The notes below the pieces were generated by a model. That model made no database searches, was not told where the DNA came from, and worked only from the letters and a program-made list of their open reading frames with translations. The position numbers were made by a program, and so were the translations under genes. 64,000 nt of DNA from Octopus vulgaris (lineage: Eukaryota), in contig OX597832.1 of NCBI GenBank assembly GCA_951406725.2, positions 49,972,001 to 50,036,000 on the forward strand, written 5' to 3'. This document shows, piece by piece, positions 12,213 to 26,094 of the stretch (positions within the stretch are counted from its first letter, which is position 1; each line of letters opens with the position of its first letter).

Positions 12213-12883
12213 CTGTAAATGAGAATTTTTCAAACAGTCAACAGTGTGGAAGAACTCTGCCAGTTAATCATGTATAATGTATCCAGGAGGGAAACTTCAG
12301 AATTATCTCTGAACATTTTGTTGTGACGTATAGTAGAGAGCTTGATACACACATCATACACTAATGTTTTGTGGGGGGTGGTGGTGGGCCCCTGACAAAT
12401 ACACTTGTTAGGTGTCAAGGTCTGGTTCACAAGGAATATATGAGCAGGGAAAAAATAATCTTTATTGGTAAGGGAGTTCAGTTGTTTTTCGGCAATCACA
12501 CAGAATCCGGTTTCAACAGTCCTTCTTCGCTATATTTCATTTCACCAGAATATTTCGCCTTCAATTAAGGAACACACACACAAAATAAAAAACCAAAAAA
12601 AAAAAAAACCGAAACAAAACGAAGCAAAGCAAAAAACTTCACCTAATCATTTAACACGAATTTGTGTAATGTAAGAGTAGAATCTGAAAACCTCACAACC
12701 TAAAGCACATGGAAGTTAATCCATTTAACAGTTAACAGATTCCTAGCTACAGAATATCCCCTTCCCATTCTGTGGTGAAAGTAACTCCCCATCACCACCA
12801 CGACCACCACCACCAACAACAACAACAAAACTTTTAGATAGGAAATTTTGGCATCCCATTGCTTTATTGCGATTAGAAAACTT

Positions 12884-13293
12884 GGATCTTTTCGGTTTGA
12901 ACGACAGTTTTTAACATAATTTCTAGGTAACTAAAAAATTTTAAACTTCGTATACTGGTAGAATGTGTTAATAAAACATCATTTTCTCTTGGCTTTATTG
13001 AGAAAATTCTATAGTTTGTAAGATATTTGTTGTTTTTTTTCTTCAATTTCTGCAATTTCAACCAATCAATGATGTCCATTGAGGTAAAAACATTCTGTGC
13101 CGTATGAATATGTCCCTTGTTTAAGAAACTGATTGGGTTCATTTACATTTGTGAAGAAAAAAAGATACCCTTCCCCCTAACCCTAACCCTAAAAGTGATT
13201 GAAATGCAATAGATCGATTCTAGGGTCATAATTATGGGCGACAATTTCATATGACACCGCTAGAAAAAACTGCCGTTCAAACCGAAAAGATCT
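12884..13293. mobile_element. Non-autonomous DNA transposon, ~28-bp TIRs, 8-bp TSD (Merlin-like)
   Basis: GGATCTTTTCGGTTTGAACGACAGTTTT ... AAAACTGCCGTTCAAACCGAAAAGATCT; flanks GAAAACTT / GTAAACTT; internal (CCCTAA)3. Confidence 0.75.
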
Positions 13294-13548
13294 GTAAACT
13301 TAGAACCAAGATGGTTAGCAGCAGTAAATGGTAGATAATGAATTTCTTGATAAACATAAAAAACAAAATTAGCATGGTATGGTTGTGTGGTAAGAAGCTT
13401 GCTTCCCAACCACATGGTTCTGGGTGGAGTCCCACTGTGTGTCACCTTGAGCAAGTGTCTTCTACTGTAGCCTCAGGCCGACCAAAGCCTTGTGAGTGGA
13501 TTTGGTAGATGGAAACTGAAAAATGCCCATAGTATGCATGTATGTATG

Positions 13549-13591
<43 letters not shown>

Positions 13592-13594
<3 letters not shown>

Positions 13595-13795
13595 GTCAAT
13601 CCAAACATGAACAAGCAAGAAAAAACAACAACGCGAGAACGTGGAATAAGTACAGTGCTATTGGACGCTCAGCAAAGCAAAGAAAAGAAAGAGGATTTCA
13701 CGTTTCAAGCGGAGGTCTTCATCAGAAATATAGAAAAAGTCCAAAGAAGGGAAGATGGAGAAAGAAAATCACCAACAATACATACGCAGTCACAT
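13592..13795 (-). mobile_element. Penelope-like pLTR fragment with minimal hammerhead-like core
   Basis: Minus strand TTT-CTGATGA-AGACCTCCGCTT-GAAACGTG-AAAT (13695-13728); homologous to 30570-30755. Confidence 0.55.
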
Positions 13796-14498
13796 ATATA
13801 AATATGTGAAAGCACCAATTACACTCTCAGAGTGGTTGGCATTAAGAAGGGCATCCAGTCGTTGAAACCATGCCAAATCAGACAGAAGTGTGGTGCAGCC
13901 TTCCAGCTTGCCAACCCTGGTCAAACCATCCAACCCATGCCAGCATAAACAACAGATGTTAAATGATGATGATGACATACATATGGGCTTCCACACAGTT
14001 TCCATCTATGAAATTCACTCTCAAGGAATTGGTTGGATTAGGGGTTATAGTAGAAGACACTTGTCCAAGAGTTGCTGCACAATGAGACTGAACCTGAATC
14101 CATACAGTTGTAAAGCAAGCTTATTAACTACACAGCCATGTTTGCAGGAAGAATTTAGTAAAATAACTGCCATTATTAGGAGACATAAAGGCAGCAAACT
14201 GGCAGAATGGTTAACATGCTGAGCAAAATACTTAGCGGCATTTTGTCTGTCTTTATTATGCTCTGAGTTCAAATTCAGCTGAGGTCGACTTTGCCCTTCA
14301 TCCTTTCAGGATCTATAAAATAAGTACCAGTTGAGTACTGGGGTCAATGTAATTGACTTATTTGATTCCCTGAAATTACTGGCCTTGTGCTAAAATTTGA
14401 AACCAATAATAGGGAATGGAAAGGCAGTGAGCAAGCAGAATTGTTAGCATACTGGGTAAAAATGCTTAGGGGCATTTCATCTGACTTTACATTCTGAG

Positions 14499-14920
14499 TT
14501 TAGGTAGTGGGTAGCGATTTTCTTCACTACTTCAGGGAGTGACGACCCTGCCTGACATGAGTCCCTGGCTCAGCTGGCTCTAGCTGACAGTACCCAGTAT
14601 GGGCCCCTATCCAGGGTTACAGAAAGGAGACAACCTTCAAAGAAATCTGGAGTGGGCCCATAGGTGGTTTAGTGTTTGACTTGACACTCTTCCGGCAGCT
14701 CCTGCAACCAAGCTGGTGCCAAATGAAATGCTCTGCACTCCTTTGGACTACGTCAGCAAGGTCGAGAGAGGAATCCTGATGATTGGGCTACCCAGGATTT
14801 TCTTACATCTAGCCCGGGCCCCAGGCCTGCGCAAAACTGGAGAGGACATGAAATATAAAAACCAAACTGGATTAGTTTATGCGCAACTCCATTGTCTCCC
14901 GAGACAAAAGGATGCCAACA
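14499..14920 (+). mobile_element. ~420-bp GC-richer insertion inside a SINE-B copy (possibly RTE-derived)
   Basis: TSD ACATTCTGAG at 14489-14498 and 14921-14930; SINE-B sequence resumes on both sides. Family identity is inference. Confidence 0.7.
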
Positions 14921-15659
14921 ACATTCTGAGGTAAAATTCCGCTGAGGTCAACCTTGCCTTTCATCTCTTCAGGATCTATAAAATAAGTACCAGCTGGGTT
15001 TGATGTAATCGCTTTATCTCCACCTTGAAATTGCTGGCCTTGTGCCAAAATTTGAAACCAATAAGAAGTAACATGAATTAAGTTGAAATTTTGATGAAAG
15101 CCTTTGTGTATAGGGAACCCCTCAATTTCAGGGGCTTAAACTTTGGAAAGAAGGTTTTGTAAGGGATTATAGTACTTATCCATGTGTAAGAAACTCCCAT
15201 ATTTTTTTAACCTAATTTTTCACAAAAAAGGGGTTCCTGTTACTTTAAATTTGGAAATTTGTATCATAAAACCAAGGTTGGTCTCAGACAGATTGGTATC
15301 AAAAGGGTTAAGAAACTGAATCCGGTCCACATCTTTGGCTGGTTGACAAAAATGCCATTATGAAAAAGTGGATTTTAATTAAACCAAATTCATTAGCACA
15401 GTTTATTCAGATAAAGGTGATTATATTTGCTAAAAACATTTGAAGACAAACTAGTTATTCAGATTAGCAGTTTGTACAACATCTAAGAGAAGACGCTAAC
15501 ACAATAAAATTAAAAAGTAGTAATTTATTTTACAATTTACCAAAAATTCAATTACAACTTAATTAAAAAGAAAAATGAATGAATGAACTTAAACTACTCA
15601 AAATCTTTGGGCCTGTAGGTTGTTTCAAATAAGAATTTGACTGTTTAATCTCAATACTG

Positions 15660-16074
15660 ATGATAGTAGTAGTATTCGTAGTGGTGGTTGTGGTAGTACT
15701 GGTAGTAGTATTAGTAGTGGTGATGGCAGTAGTAATAGCAACAGTCAAAGTAATAACTGTTGTGGTTGTGGTGGTAGTAGTAGAAGTAGAGTAGTAGTTG
15801 TGGTGTTGGTGTTAGTAGTGGAAGTAGCAGAAGTGGTGGTGGTAGTGGTAGTAGTAGAAGTGGTGGTGGTGGTAGTAGTAGTAATAGAGGTGGTTGTGGT
15901 AGTACTGGTAGTAGTAGTATTAGTAGTGGTGATGGCAGTGGTAATAGCAACAGTCAAAGTAATAACTGTTGTGGTGGTGGTGGTAGTAGTAGTAGAAGTA
16001 GAGGAGTAGTAGTTGTGGTGTTGGTGTTAGTACTGGAAGTAGCAGAAGTGGTGGTGGTAGTGGTAGTAGAAGTG

Positions 16075-16105
<31 letters not shown>

Positions 16106-16400
16106 AGGTGGTGGTGTTGGCAGTTGTAGTAGTAGTGGTAGCAGAGGTAGTGGTAATAGTAGTAGTTGTGTTAGTAGTAGTAGTAGTAGTAGTATCATTA
16201 TTATTAGTAGCAGTAGTGATGGTGGTTAGTCATAGCGATGATAATGATGGATGTAACAACAGCAGTAGTAATAGTAGTAGTAGTAGTAGTAGTAGTTGTT
16301 GATGTAGTGATTATGGTGGTGGTAGAAGTAATGGCAGAGGTGATGTTGTTGTTGTGGTGGTGGTGGTGGTAATGGTAGTAGTGGTTGCAGTAGTGGTGAG
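15660..16400. repeat. (GTA/GTG)n low-complexity tract with ~210-bp internal duplication
   Basis: Block gtgatggcagt(a/g)gtaatagcaacagtcaaagtaataactgttgtggt occurs at ~15720 and ~15929. Confidence 0.85.
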
Positions 16401-16432
16401 GGTGACATTAGTAGGAAGCAGCAGCATTTAGT

Positions 16433-16818
16433 ACTCTTTTACTTGTTTCAGTCATTTGACTGCGGCCATGCTGGAGCACCGCCTTTAGTCGAGCAAATCG
16501 ACCCCGGGACTTCTTCTTTGTAAGCCCAGTACTTATTTTATCGGTCTCTTTTTGCTGAACCACTAAGTGACGGGGACGTAAACACACCAGCATCGGTTGT
16601 CAAGCAATGCTAGGGGGACAAACACAGACACACACACACATATATATATACATGTATACGACAGGCTTGTTTCAGTTTCCGTCTACTAAATCCACTCACA
16701 AGGCATTGGTCGGCCCGGGGCTATAGCAGAAGACACTTGCTCAAGATGCCACGCAGTGGGACTGAACCCGGAACCATGTGGCTGGTTAGCAAGCTACTTA
16801 CCGCACAGCCACTCCTGC
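16433..16818 (-). mobile_element. SINE-A full-length
   Basis: Reverse complement of the 334-730 family. Confidence 0.9.
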
Positions 16819-17284
16819 AACTTTTAACACCTTCTTCTCAGGCATATAACCCCCCCCCCTCCCGCCATACACACACATCTTAGTGTCTGAACAGCACTAT
16901 AATGTAGACCTTAAACAGTTACCCCACCCCCACCAAATCCCCCCCCCCCCCCTTAGCACACCACCACCACCACCACCACCACCATCGCTACTCTCACAAT
17001 ACAAAAATGTTCCGTTCCTATATTGTGTTCCGTTTGCTCTATTCATGGAAGGTTAGCCACCACACCGGTCCCCCCCCCCACCACGACTGTTCCCCCCCCC
17101 ACTCTAAGTAATTGGGAAAGAAAATAGAGACCTGACAAGGGGCTGTTCCACAACAAGATAGCAAAAAGGAGAGAAACAACACCACCACCACCACCAACAA
17201 CAACAGCAACAACCCCTAAAAGCATTATAGTCCAATGATTTAGAAACTGCAGACGTGCAATAAAAATTACATTACTCTATGTGC

Positions 17285-17337
17285 ATGTGTGTATATATAT
17301 ATATATACATACATGCATATATATATGTACATATACA

Positions 17338-17389
<52 letters not shown>

Positions 17390-17728
17390 TTCATATATAT
17401 ATATACATATACATTCATACACACACACAAACATACATATATATATACACATACTTGTATATATACATACACCACATATATACACACACACATATATATA
17501 TATACACATACACACTTTTATATATATATATACATTCATACATATATACATATACATTCATATACACACACAAACATACATATATATGCACATACTTGTA
17601 TATATACATGCACATATATACACACACACACATATATATATACACATACATACATATTTATACACATGCACATATACACACACACACACTTGTATATATA
17701 TATATTCATACATACATACATATATATG

Positions 17729-17778
<50 letters not shown>

Positions 17779-17835
17779 TAAACATATACACACACATATA
17801 TTTATATATATACATGTATGTATGTATATATATGT
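17285..17835. repeat. Compound (TA)n/(CA)n microsatellite
   Basis: Direct reading. Confidence 0.95.
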
Positions 17836-18163
17836 GTGTTGTGACATATGCACATAGCTGAGAAGCTTTTTGACTGTAATCAATAAGAGGCAGGTGGAAA
17901 CAAAAATGTTTTAATAAATCTATTGATAAAAGTTACTTTTAAGACAGTACCATTTTTTTTTTCCTATTGTTTCTCTTTACATTCTGTCCATTTGTCGATC
18001 TATCTGTGTCTCTATCTGTCTGTCTGTCTCTCGCTAGACATTATCCGCAGAACCTGAGCTATAAAATTTTACCTGTCAAATAGCTGTCTTTGAGTTAATT
18101 CTCAGTCTTTGGGTGTGAAGGATGCCAGCATGCCTCTCTCTCCTACCACCAGAACAGAAGTGA

Positions 18164-18195
<32 letters not shown>

Positions 18196-18369
18196 ATGGC
18201 AACTGGAAATTAATAACCAATTTCTGTCTTACATTGCTGAAGCAATAATTAATAGCTAGTGCTATTTCTCCCAGGAGTTTTACCATTTTCTTCAGTGGCT
18301 GTCAATATGGATTAGAATTGAGAAGATCTACTGGATATCTGCATTAAGCCTAGAAAGAGAGCAAGCAAG

Positions 18370-18575
18370 GGAGAAGAAGGAGGAGGAGGAAGAGGAGAAG
18401 GAAGAGGTGAAGAAAGAGGTGAAGAAGAGCAAGAAGAGTAGGAGGTGAAGAAGAAGAAAACGAGTTGAATGAGGAGGAGAAGAAAACAAGTCAAAGAAGA
18501 AGATGATGATGATGATAATGGTGGTGGTGGAGGAGGAGGAGGAGGATAAGAAGAAGAAGAAGAAGAAGAAGAAGA
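18370..18575. repeat. (GAA/GGA)n purine-rich tract
   Basis: Direct reading. Confidence 0.9.
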
Positions 18576-20959
18576 AATGGGCAAGCAGCAGTTATTTTTC
18601 AAGACCAGTAAAGGTATTTTAGCAAAATGAGTCACTGCAGACTTTTCCATAAATCCATCGGAAAAAAACTATTTTGAATATCTTTACACTGTTTTCCAAT
18701 TGTTAACGATGAAATAAAAGTGTTGCACAGGATTAAGCTTGTGAATAATATTGATTTTGAGCAATGAGAATGAGAAATAAAGTTTAATTGTTTGAGAAGG
18801 AACTGAGAAGAAGGAAATGGAGAAGAGGAGAGAGAGGAGGGGATGTTGCAATATTTTTGTCTGTCTTTCCCAAAGGTATTAGTCATGTAAGTGAAATAAA
18901 ATGGTTTGGTAGAAGGAATTTTACTAGAAATCATGTGAAGGGCTTGGCCTGCCAAGGAAATAGCAACCACAAAGGTTTGTTGTTGTTGCTGTTAAGCTTC
19001 AGGTCAGTTGTCACAGAGCAAACCTATAACCATCCAGTCTTTTCATGACTAAGTCTATCTGGTATGCCATTATCCAATGTGTCTTTTCTGTCCATCAAAC
19101 CCACTCAGAAGTCTGGTTGGTCCAAGGCTATAGAAGAAGACACTTTGCTCAAGGTGTCCCACAGTGGGACTGAACCCAGAACCATGCAGCCAGGAAGCAA
19201 GCTTCTTACCACACAGCCATGTGATATATGTGTTATCTCTTACTTGTTCTGACCATTAGACTGTGGCCATGCTGGAGCACTGCCTTAAAGAGTTTTTAGT
19301 CAAATGAACCAACCCCAGTACTGTTTTTTTCTTCTTAAAACCTGGTATTTATTCTATCAATCTCTTTTGCAGAACACTGTAGCTTTTCCTATAGATTAGA
19401 TGCAGTTATGGCTGTGTGGTTAAGAAGCTTGCTTCTCAACCAGCCATGTGGTCTTGGGTTCAGTCCCACTGTGTGGCACCTGGGGCAAGTGTCTTCTACT
19501 ATAGCCCCAGGTCAACCAAAGCCATGTGAGAGGATTTGGTAATAAACAGAAAATGAAAGAAGCACATCATATATCATCATCATTTAACGTCCATTTTCCA
19601 TGCTAGCATGGGTTGGACGGTTCGACCGGGGTCTGGTAAACCATGGAAGCTGCACCAGGCTCCAGTCTGGTTTGGCAGTGTTTCTACAGCTAGATGCCCT
19701 TCCTAACGCCAACCACTCCATGAGTGTAGTGGGTATTTTTTTAAGTGCCACTGGCACAGGGGCCAGAGGAGGCTGGCAAATGGCCATGATCGGTTGGTGC
19801 TTTTACATGTCACCGACACGGACGCCAGTCATATATATATATATGATGGACAAAATGGGATAAGGAGGACAAGAAGAGACACATGGGACAGAGAGTCACC
19901 GATGAGGTCACAGATGTGTGACAAATGAACTTTGACAAACGCAGAAACTAAACAAAGGCAGTGAGCAGGCAGAAACATTAGCACACCGGGTGAAATGATT
20001 AGCAGTATTTCGCCTGCCTTTATATTCTGAGTTCACATTCCACTGAGGTTGACTTTGCATTTCATCCTTTCGGGGTCGATAAATTAAGTACCAGTTGCAT
20101 ACTGGGGTCGATCTAATCGACTGCCCCCCCCCCATAGAAACAAAAATTAAAAATAATAAGAATGAGGGCACTCAGAAAGCGCAAACCTCTGCCAAGGCAA
20201 CACCAATGTCCTCTTAACGATTAGCCGGACATGATTTTTAAAATGAGATCAGAAATAAACGCCAGTAAGGCGATGCTGGTAACGATCATGCTCGAATGGT
20301 GCTTCTTCTGTGCCACCAGCACAGATGCCAGTTAGCTGCTCTGGCAATGATCACACTCGTGTATATATATATATGATGGGGTTCTTTCAGCTTCTGTCTA
20401 CCAAATCCATTCACAAGGCTTTGGTCAGCCTGAGGCTATAGTTGAAGACACTTGCCTAAGGTACCATGCAGTGGGACTGAACTCAGAACCATGTGGTTGG
20501 GAAGCAAGCTTCTTACCACATAACCACCCTTGTGCCTATATATACATACATACATACACGCACACACATATATATATATACATACATACACACACACACA
20601 TATATATATATATATACATACATACACACACACACATATATATATATATACATACATACACACACACACATATATATACATACACACACACACACATATA
20701 TGTATGTTCATTTACCTGTTCTACTATACTATGTTACCCAATTGCATAGTGATACAGACCAGGAGTTGATTAAATCAACCCCAGAACTTGATTCGTACTT
20801 TATTAAAATCAAACCCGAAAGAACGAAAGGTGAAGTCGACCACAGCAGGATTTGAACTTGGAACATAAAGATCCTGAACAAAAACCTCGATGCATTTTGT
20901 TAAGATATTTCAACAACACAACCAACGCACTGCCTTTTCCTCTTGCTTCATTACACAGC

Positions 20960-21530
20960 AAATATTCAATTGAAAGCTTTTCATTAACACAAAACAATAA
21001 AAATAAGGTTTGTTCTAACATTTCAGTAAGTGTTCAAATTAAGTTTCTTTCTTTTTGTATGACAGCATTCGAAATTTATAAGAGTTCGGCTTCAATAAAT
21101 TCATTTGTTTCGTCCATTATCTTCTTTCTTAGATCTGTTATTGTCTGCGGTTTTTGAATAATAAACATTATTATTATTATGGGAAATTCTTACAACACTT
21201 CGTTGTGGAATCTCTGTGTCGAGTGGAATTTATGAGGTGCTTGCATGACCCAATGGATTTTCACTTTGTAATCTTTCTAAAGATTCTTTTGCAGCAGGAA
21301 TTCTATCGTCTTTGAGTGATGGTCGTCCAGTTGAGTAGCTATTACGAAGACTTGTTTCTTCAAAATGTTTAATCAAACGTGTTATGGCACTTAAACTGAA
21401 AAGATTATTATTATTATTATTATTATTATTATGAAGGACATGCTTCTTCTTATATGCTCGCGTTGCTGTTGCCGCTGTTGTGGCACTGTAACCATTATAA
21501 TTCTGGTATTGAACAATCTCCAAGCTTTGT
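20960..21530 (-). mobile_element. Degenerate Tc1/mariner-superfamily transposase (DUF4817-like HTH) fragments
   Basis: AITRLIKHFEETS...STGRPS (HTH + GRP motif) and C-terminal KPQTITDLRKKI; interrupted by (TAT)n and an internal deletion. Confidence 0.6.
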
Positions 21531-21799
21531 GTTCAAATTTATATAGACCTCCGAAATAAAATAATAAAAACCTTTACACACACAAGCGCACAAACGTATA
21601 AGCACACTTAATAAGACGCATTCCGACGACCATCCATTTAGAGAAGAAATATAAATATCGCGGTAGCGGAGAAGTACCAATAAAAGAGCCGGAGAGAACG
21701 GAGAAAATAGCAGACTGATTAAGAGTCAAACTAACAGGAAATACATAAGTAGTTTGATCACTTACTACCAATAGTGGAACTCTCAAAATAGATTAGAAT

Positions 21800-21845
21800 T
21801 TATGTATGTGTGTGTATATATTTGTATGTGTGTGTGTGTGTATGT

Positions 21846-21877
<32 letters not shown>

Positions 21878-21880
21878 GTG

Positions 21881-21911
<31 letters not shown>

Positions 21912-22122
21912 GTGTATATATATATATATATATGTATGTGTGTATATATATATATATGTATGTATGCATGTATGTATGTACATATATGTATGTGTATGTA
22001 TATATATATATATATGTTTGTATGTACGTATATATATATGTATGTGTATATATATATGTATGTACGTGTATATATATATATATATATATGTATGTGTATA
22101 TATATATATATATATATGTGTG

Positions 22123-22155
<33 letters not shown>

Positions 22156-22270
22156 ATGTGTGTATATACATATATATATGTATGTGTGTGTGTATATATA
22201 TATATATAGAGGGAGAGAGAAGAGAGAGAAAGAGAAGAGAGAGAAAGAGAAGAGAGAGAGAGAGACAGAC
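21800..22270. repeat. (TA/TG)n plus (GA)n microsatellite
   Basis: Direct reading. Confidence 0.95.
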
Positions 22271-22279
22271 ATACATACA

Positions 22280-23108
22280 TTGGGTCATCCCATAAATAAT
22301 GCAGTTTTATCAATTGCATGAACTAAAAGTCGGAGGAGGATGGGATAAACTACCTGCATCAACTTGCTATAAAAGCAGGTAGTGATTTTTACCTTGACCT
22401 TATTCTTAGTGCAAGGTTTGAAGAGTGTAGTTCAATTTTAACAGTTACTTTTTCAAAGCTATAATGGAAGTGGCAAAGGACGTATTTGGCATATTTTGCT
22501 CTATGGGTTCAATAAAGGTATCAAAGCAATGGAAAGCGTGAGGAATATCGATGCAGTATATGGGGATTGGACAATAAGTGTAAGCCAGTGTCGAAATTCT
22601 GAGCCGGAAACTACAGCCTAGAAGATAAGCCTAGTCCTCGAAGATCCGTAAAGCTCGACGAGGACATCCTGCAAACCCTGGTGGAACAAAATCCCATCAT
22701 AACTGTAGGGGAACAAGCAGAGAAGCTTGGATTTGGTCATTCAACCATTCATTGACACCTGCACTAGTAGAAAAATGACCATCTTTGGTTTCAAGATGAA
22801 AGATGTTCTTCCATCAGGATAATGCTTGGCCACATACAGCAAGGATGACATTCCAAAGGCTGGAGCAGTTTGAATGGGAAAGGATGGCCCACCCACTAAA
22901 TTCGCCGGACATTGCCCCATCTGATTATCATCTATTCCACAGTCTTCAAAATCATTCAGACGGAAAAATATGAATTCTGTAGGTGAGGTCAGAACAGTAC
23001 TGGTGGAGTATTTTTCATTACACACAAGTGGATTTTGGAAGAGGGGCCTTGCAAGTTTACCAGATAGATGGAAGAGCATTGTAGAAAATGAAGGAGACTA
23101 TATTCAGA
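22280..23108 (+). mobile_element. Mariner element, internally deleted pseudo-transposase
   Basis: 5' TIR-like ttgggtcatcccataaataat and TATAAAAG. ATG at 22464 leads to an HTH region (LDEDILQTLVEQNP...AEKLGFGHSTIH) fused to a C-terminal region (QDNAWPH...SPDIAPSDYHLF...LPDRWKSIVENEGDYI), with frameshifts. Confidence 0.9.
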
Positions 23109-25080
23109 TGTGTATCCATGTACATACAAACCTACATGCACATAAACCCAAACATTCACATACACACACACACACAGCAAACAATGTATGTTTATGCATT
23201 AATTGGATTAAAGTCCTTTCAGAGTCTAGTAAACTTGCATATATATGCATAAATTTGGACGTCCATGCATGCTCAAATGCATATGCATTTAATATTGAAC
23301 ACCAACAACAACATAAATATTAACAACATGGTCTAGAATAACCACCCTTCTCTACCTTTCCTCCTATTTCTCAATTTTCTCCTAGCATATCACAACATTC
23401 CTTTACTTTCTGTAGCATTCCACCCTTACTAATGTATCTATACTTCTCTCTTTCATTCAGTTTTCTTCCATTCCAGTCTCATTCAGTCTTTCTCTTTCTC
23501 CATCGCCTCAGATCTCTCTACTCACCCCCCTCTCTCTATCTTCTACCTGTGTTCCTATTCTACATTAAAATATTTTTCTTGCATAACAAACTGGAATACA
23601 GAAAGACACTCAGTGACATGACAACTTTTAATTTATTTAATATTTTAGTCTGATTTAAAAAAAATTATTTTCATGGTTCTGGGTTCAGTCCCACTGCGTG
23701 GCACCTTGGGTGAGTGTCTTCTACTATAGCCTCGGACCAACCAAAGCCAGTCAAGGCGGCACTGGCATTGGCCATATTCGGATGATGGTTTTTACGTGCC
23801 ACCGGCACAGGGATCACAACTACAATTTCCATTGATTTTTGATATTGATGTACTTGACTCAATGGGTTTCCTCAAGCACAGAGTCTGCAAAAACAGTTCC
23901 TGCCTGTATTTGTAAGCCACCATACACAACTGGTGGGAGGTCGTCCTCATGTTAAACCATCTCATTGTAGGATGGCTGCAGAGGGGAACCAATCCCACCA
24001 GGAAGCCACTGGATTCCGGAACAAATGCTGCCTGGAATTCACTCCCCCCAGTTAGCATTGGCAGTAGGAAGGGTATCCAACCATAATAACCACCCTAAGT
24101 CAGATTGGAACCTGGTACAGCTCTCTGGTTTACCAGTTCCAGTCAAACTGTCTAACCCATGCCAACATGGAAAGCAGATGTTAAATGATGATGATGAGAT
24201 CTTGGAGGGCAGTGACCCTACAAGGGAGATTTTAGGACTGTTTAGTCCTGCATGGGGCAACCTCTCCAGGGCTGGTGACACAATGAAATGTATCCAATTC
24301 ACACTGTAAGTCATAAATAACAATAAATTGGTTGGTTTGGTTTTCTCTATTGCTGTGTATGTAAATTGATGCAGACCACAATGGATGAGAGACATCCAGC
24401 AAGGAGAAAAAAATATATAAAAGAAACAAAAAAGAAACCCAGAATGTAAAATGACGATGAATGAAGATTAAAAATCAAGACAGTTATGAAGAGGGGTTTG
24501 GAAAAGAAAAATGTTTATGAATAATTCATATGAAAAGAAATTATCTTCATTCCTTGCCATCCATTTCAAAATATGAAATATATATAGAGAAAATGAAAAA
24601 CAAAAGCCAGCCATCTCTTAGTGCATTTAGTAAAAGCATTTTGAAGGAACATAATTTTGTGTGTGTGTGTGTCCATGGAAGAGTGGAGGAGGCGAATAAA
24701 ATATTATGAAAAAATGAAAATGTAAGAGAGAGAATGAGGGGGGAAAGGGAGGGAGAGAAAGAGAGAAACAAGATATGAACTGTAGTTGGTTTATTAACTC
24801 TTTTCGGCAGAATTATTCTTTCTGTGGCATGCATCACAAATCTTGCACAGAAACCCGTGTTTGTTCCCAATTAGCGAGTGCATTCCAGCTGTAATTATTT
24901 CCAGTCAAAAAAAAAAAAAATAAATAAAAGTGTTGGATGTTCACCAGAAAAAGCTTTGAGAAAGTCACAGCTGGCCAAGTTGTTCAGAAAAGGTGCGAGT
25001 AGTGAAAGGATCAACAGCCCATACACAGCCACGGGCATTACACTAAACCCTTAGCAAAGAAAGACATCTAATTACTGCTG

Positions 25081-25415
25081 CTGGCACCTTGGGCAAGTGT
25101 CTTCTACTATAGCCCCGGGGCCGACCAAAGCCTTGTGAGTGGATTTGGTAGACGGAAACTGGAAGAAGCCCGTCGTATATATGTATGTATATGTATGTGT
25201 ATATGTTTGTGTGTCTGTGTTTGTCTCCCCCCCCCACCATTGCTTGACAACCGATGGTGGTGTGTTTACGTCCCCGTAACTTAGAGGTTCAGCAAAAGAG
25301 ACTGATAGAGTAAGTACTAGCCTTACAAAGAATAATTCCTGGGGTCGATTTACTCGACTAAAAGGCGGTGCTCCAGCATGACCGCAGTCAAATAACTGAA
25401 ACAAGTAAAAGAGTG
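25081..25415 (+). mobile_element. SINE-A, 5'-truncated
   Basis: Starts at tggcaccttgggcaagtg; 3' end intact. Confidence 0.85.
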
Positions 25416-25621
25416 AAGAGAGAGTAATATCATATCACAACATTATCATTTTTGATTTTCAGTTCCTAAGGAACATGGGCCATTAATAACTTTTCTCTAT
25501 GGTTCTTGACTCTGGGCCATTGTTTCAGCATCTCTACAGCTGGATCCTTGTTGTCTGCACAACTTGCACTGTTCTTCCTGTTTCATATATTACCTTGATG
25601 TGAAGACAGCACATGGCTTAA

Positions 25622-25842
25622 CCCTTTCATTACCGTATTTATTTTGAGATGCCCTGTGTTTCTTTCAATTACTTTAAATATAACAAAGACTTTAGTAAAA
25701 TAACTTAGTCATCATTAAGCTAGTGTTAGGAACATAAATTGTGACAAAGGTTTGGTGGAAGATTTTAATTCAAAACTTATGGAAACAAGGTATTTGTACT
25801 ACAGAGCCAGAGCCGGTTTCAGCCGGGTTGGTATCGAAAGGG
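25622..25842. mobile_element. piggyBac-type MITE
   Basis: TTAA|CCCTTTC ... GAAAGGG|TTAA; 221 bp. Confidence 0.85.
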
Positions 25843-25873
25843 TTAAGAACTGTTTCTCTATCATATATTTTAA

Positions 25874-26094
25874 CCATTTTGTTACCATATTTCTGTTGAG
25901 ATGCTCTGTGTTTCTTTCAATTACTTTAAATATAACAAAGAATTTAGTAAAATAACTTAGTTATCATTAAGCTAGTGCTGGGAACATAAATTGTGACGAA
26001 GGTTTGGTGGAAGATTTTAATTCAAAACTTATGGAAACAAGACATTTGTACTACAGAGCCTGAGCTGGTTTCAGCCAGGTTGGTAACGAAAGGG
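25874..26094. mobile_element. piggyBac-type MITE, second tandem copy
   Basis: TTAA|CCATTTT ... GAAAGGG|TTAA; same family, ~30 bp from the first copy. Confidence 0.85.

Noticed and set aside
13175-13192. Interstitial telomere
   Set aside because: Only three CCCTAA units and they lie inside a TIR element.
15563-16408. Thr-rich mucin-like or Val-rich ORFs
   Set aside because: Trinucleotide repeat with frames broken between duplicated blocks; no splice sites or non-repetitive domain.
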